In this document: positions 62,560-64,000 of the stretch, piece by piece
Numbering within the stretch: position 1 is the stretch's first letter
How the letters are laid out: each line of letters starts with the position of its first letter
Origin: Nymphaea colorata
Lineage: Eukaryota
NCBI RefSeq assembly: GCF_008831285.2
Contig: NC_045138.2
Span: 24,800,001 to 24,864,000, forward strand
Length of the DNA: 64,000 bases
Direction of reading: 5' to 3'
The notes under the pieces: generated by a model
Told to the model about the DNA's origin: nothing
What the model saw: only the letters and a program-made list of their open reading frames with translations
Database searches by the model: none
Translations under genes and position numbers: made by a program

Positions 62560-64000
62560 CATTGTGCACCAAATTGCATCTGTTCATACTTTTTTCACCT
62601 AACAAGCGTCAGTTGAAATCTATCTGGATTGGCCTGAATGGGCTTCTCAGACCCGAATCGACAGAAATATGTTGCAGCAGGTGCATGCACCAATTTGGGT
62701 TGCTGATATTGTTCTTCATGATGATGTATTGTTGTCATCTGATAAACAACGGTCTATTGTTTCCAATTGATTGAGCTTTCTCAGTCATTGTTTGCTCTAT
62801 TTTCATAATCCTTTTAAGCAACTTCTCAATTCTCTAGAAATGATTTCTTAGAGGCGGATAAAGTAGTAAGCATCACTCTGGTTAGATCAGCCAAAATTTC
62901 ATAGATATGTGCAGAATTCATGCAGTGCCATCTCATCATCTGACAGATGGAGGTACCAGCCCGAGGTTTCACGAGAACATCAGAATTCCTCTTGTGGATG
63001 GCCTCCGGGAATTATCAATTGTGGTTCGCAGAAGAGGTTACTTTGCTGAAGAGGTCATTGCAACGGGAAAGTAATTCTCACCCCCTCAAAGCTAATAATT
63101 CCATCAAACTTAACTTGCTCGATCGGATATAACAGTGTGAGTTCAATAATTTCCTGGCTGATCAGGGTTCAACTAGATGAGGTGCTAAGAGAAGGCAAGG
63201 ATCACTCACTTTGGCCCCTACAGTATCAGTGCAGACGGTAAATCATCTTTCGTTTCAAAGACTGTGTAAATGGTTCAATTACTGAAGCTTGGAACGGGAA
63301 TTGCCATGAATTCATCCTTGGCTCTTCCAGCCTTCATATCAGGAGTGTAATGGAAACTCTTAAACTTGGATGGTACCCATTTCAAGTTGCCTCTCTGTTT
63401 CTGGATCCAGTATTTTGATCATCTCTTACACCAGCCATTTAGCAAACAGATCATAGGCATAGGCTTTTGTTTCATCAATGCTGAAACGATGTTAAGAAGT
63501 AGTTGTTAGCAACAAAATTCACTGAACAGTAAGCACTTACATTGCATTTAGAGGAACAACAAAATTCACTGAACAGTAAGCACTTACATTGCATTTAGAG
63601 GAAGATGGAGGAGTTTGGCCTTCTACTTAATTGTGCAGCTTTTGTCAAAATTATTCTCGCCTATTTTGCAGCAGAAGGTCTGATGAATTCATTTTCTTCT
63701 CCTCTCATTGAACAGAACCGGTGCCACTAGATCAGGAGGTCAGATAAAGCTGGCAATGGAATACGAAAGGCCCAGAGTAATTTAGTTTATCCCTTTGCTT
63801 GTTAAAAGTTTCTTTTTCTTTCTTCTTTTCCTCTTCTATGAAAGCATCAATAACTTTAATATTGTGAACTCTTGCAGGTAACTGCAACTCCATGCCCTCA
63901 AGCGCCAGCAGCAGGATCAGGCTTCCATCCTCATGGCCGACCTGATTTTTATCCGTCAACGGAGTTTCCTCCACCAACTCCTCCTCCAAGATATGTACAC
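62560..64000 (-). pseudogene. Unidentified spliced gene relic with in-frame stops, truncated by the window end
   Basis: Minus-strand splice signals (AAT|GTAAGT near 63587, TTTCAG acceptor at 63481, AAA|GTGAGT near 63209, CAG acceptor near 63158) join protein-like segments (LLHLPLNAIIDETKAYAYDLFAKW; QEIIELTLLYPIEQVKFDGIISFEG) that contain stops. Family not recognised. Confidence 0.4.
63510..63603. repeat. 47-bp perfect tandem duplication
   Basis: CAACAAAATTCACTGAACAGTAAGCACTTACATTGCATTTAGAGGAA twice. Confidence 0.95.

Overview
Flowering-plant nuclear euchromatin (GT-AG introns, microsatellites, MITEs, SINEs); the species cannot be fixed from sequence alone. Six protein-coding genes are supported: (1) a small single-exon MGNC...WRPALQSIPE protein (4268-4645, -); (2) a 3-exon, 722-aa coiled-coil protein of the BRANCHLESS TRICHOME/At1g50660-type family (12940-15711, -); (3) a single-exon Myb/SANT-like (trihelix-type) protein (18825-19925, +); (4) an 8-exon OTU2/YOD1-type deubiquitinase missed by the ORF track (22866-29253, +, 207 aa); (5) an S40/DUF584 senescence regulator (36489-37130, -); (6) an 8-exon C2-domain, Pro-rich CaLB1-like protein with an unusual hydrophobic tail (56748-59362, +, 382 aa). 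Intergenic and intronic DNA holds several hAT-type MITEs with 8-bp TSDs, two tRNA-derived SINEs, a probable 2.85-kb solo LTR, decayed coding relics and many short tandem duplications. The most unusual structures are a miniature LTR element (TRIM) whose interior is four tandem 76-78 bp PBS-to-PPT cassettes with no LTR between them (7489-8205), and a 5'UTR in which an 11-bp stem would pair over a uORF start codon while the uORF stop overlaps the main AUG (15708-15795). Gene models were spliced by hand and checked for phase and length. Family assignments are from recalled homologs, not database searches.
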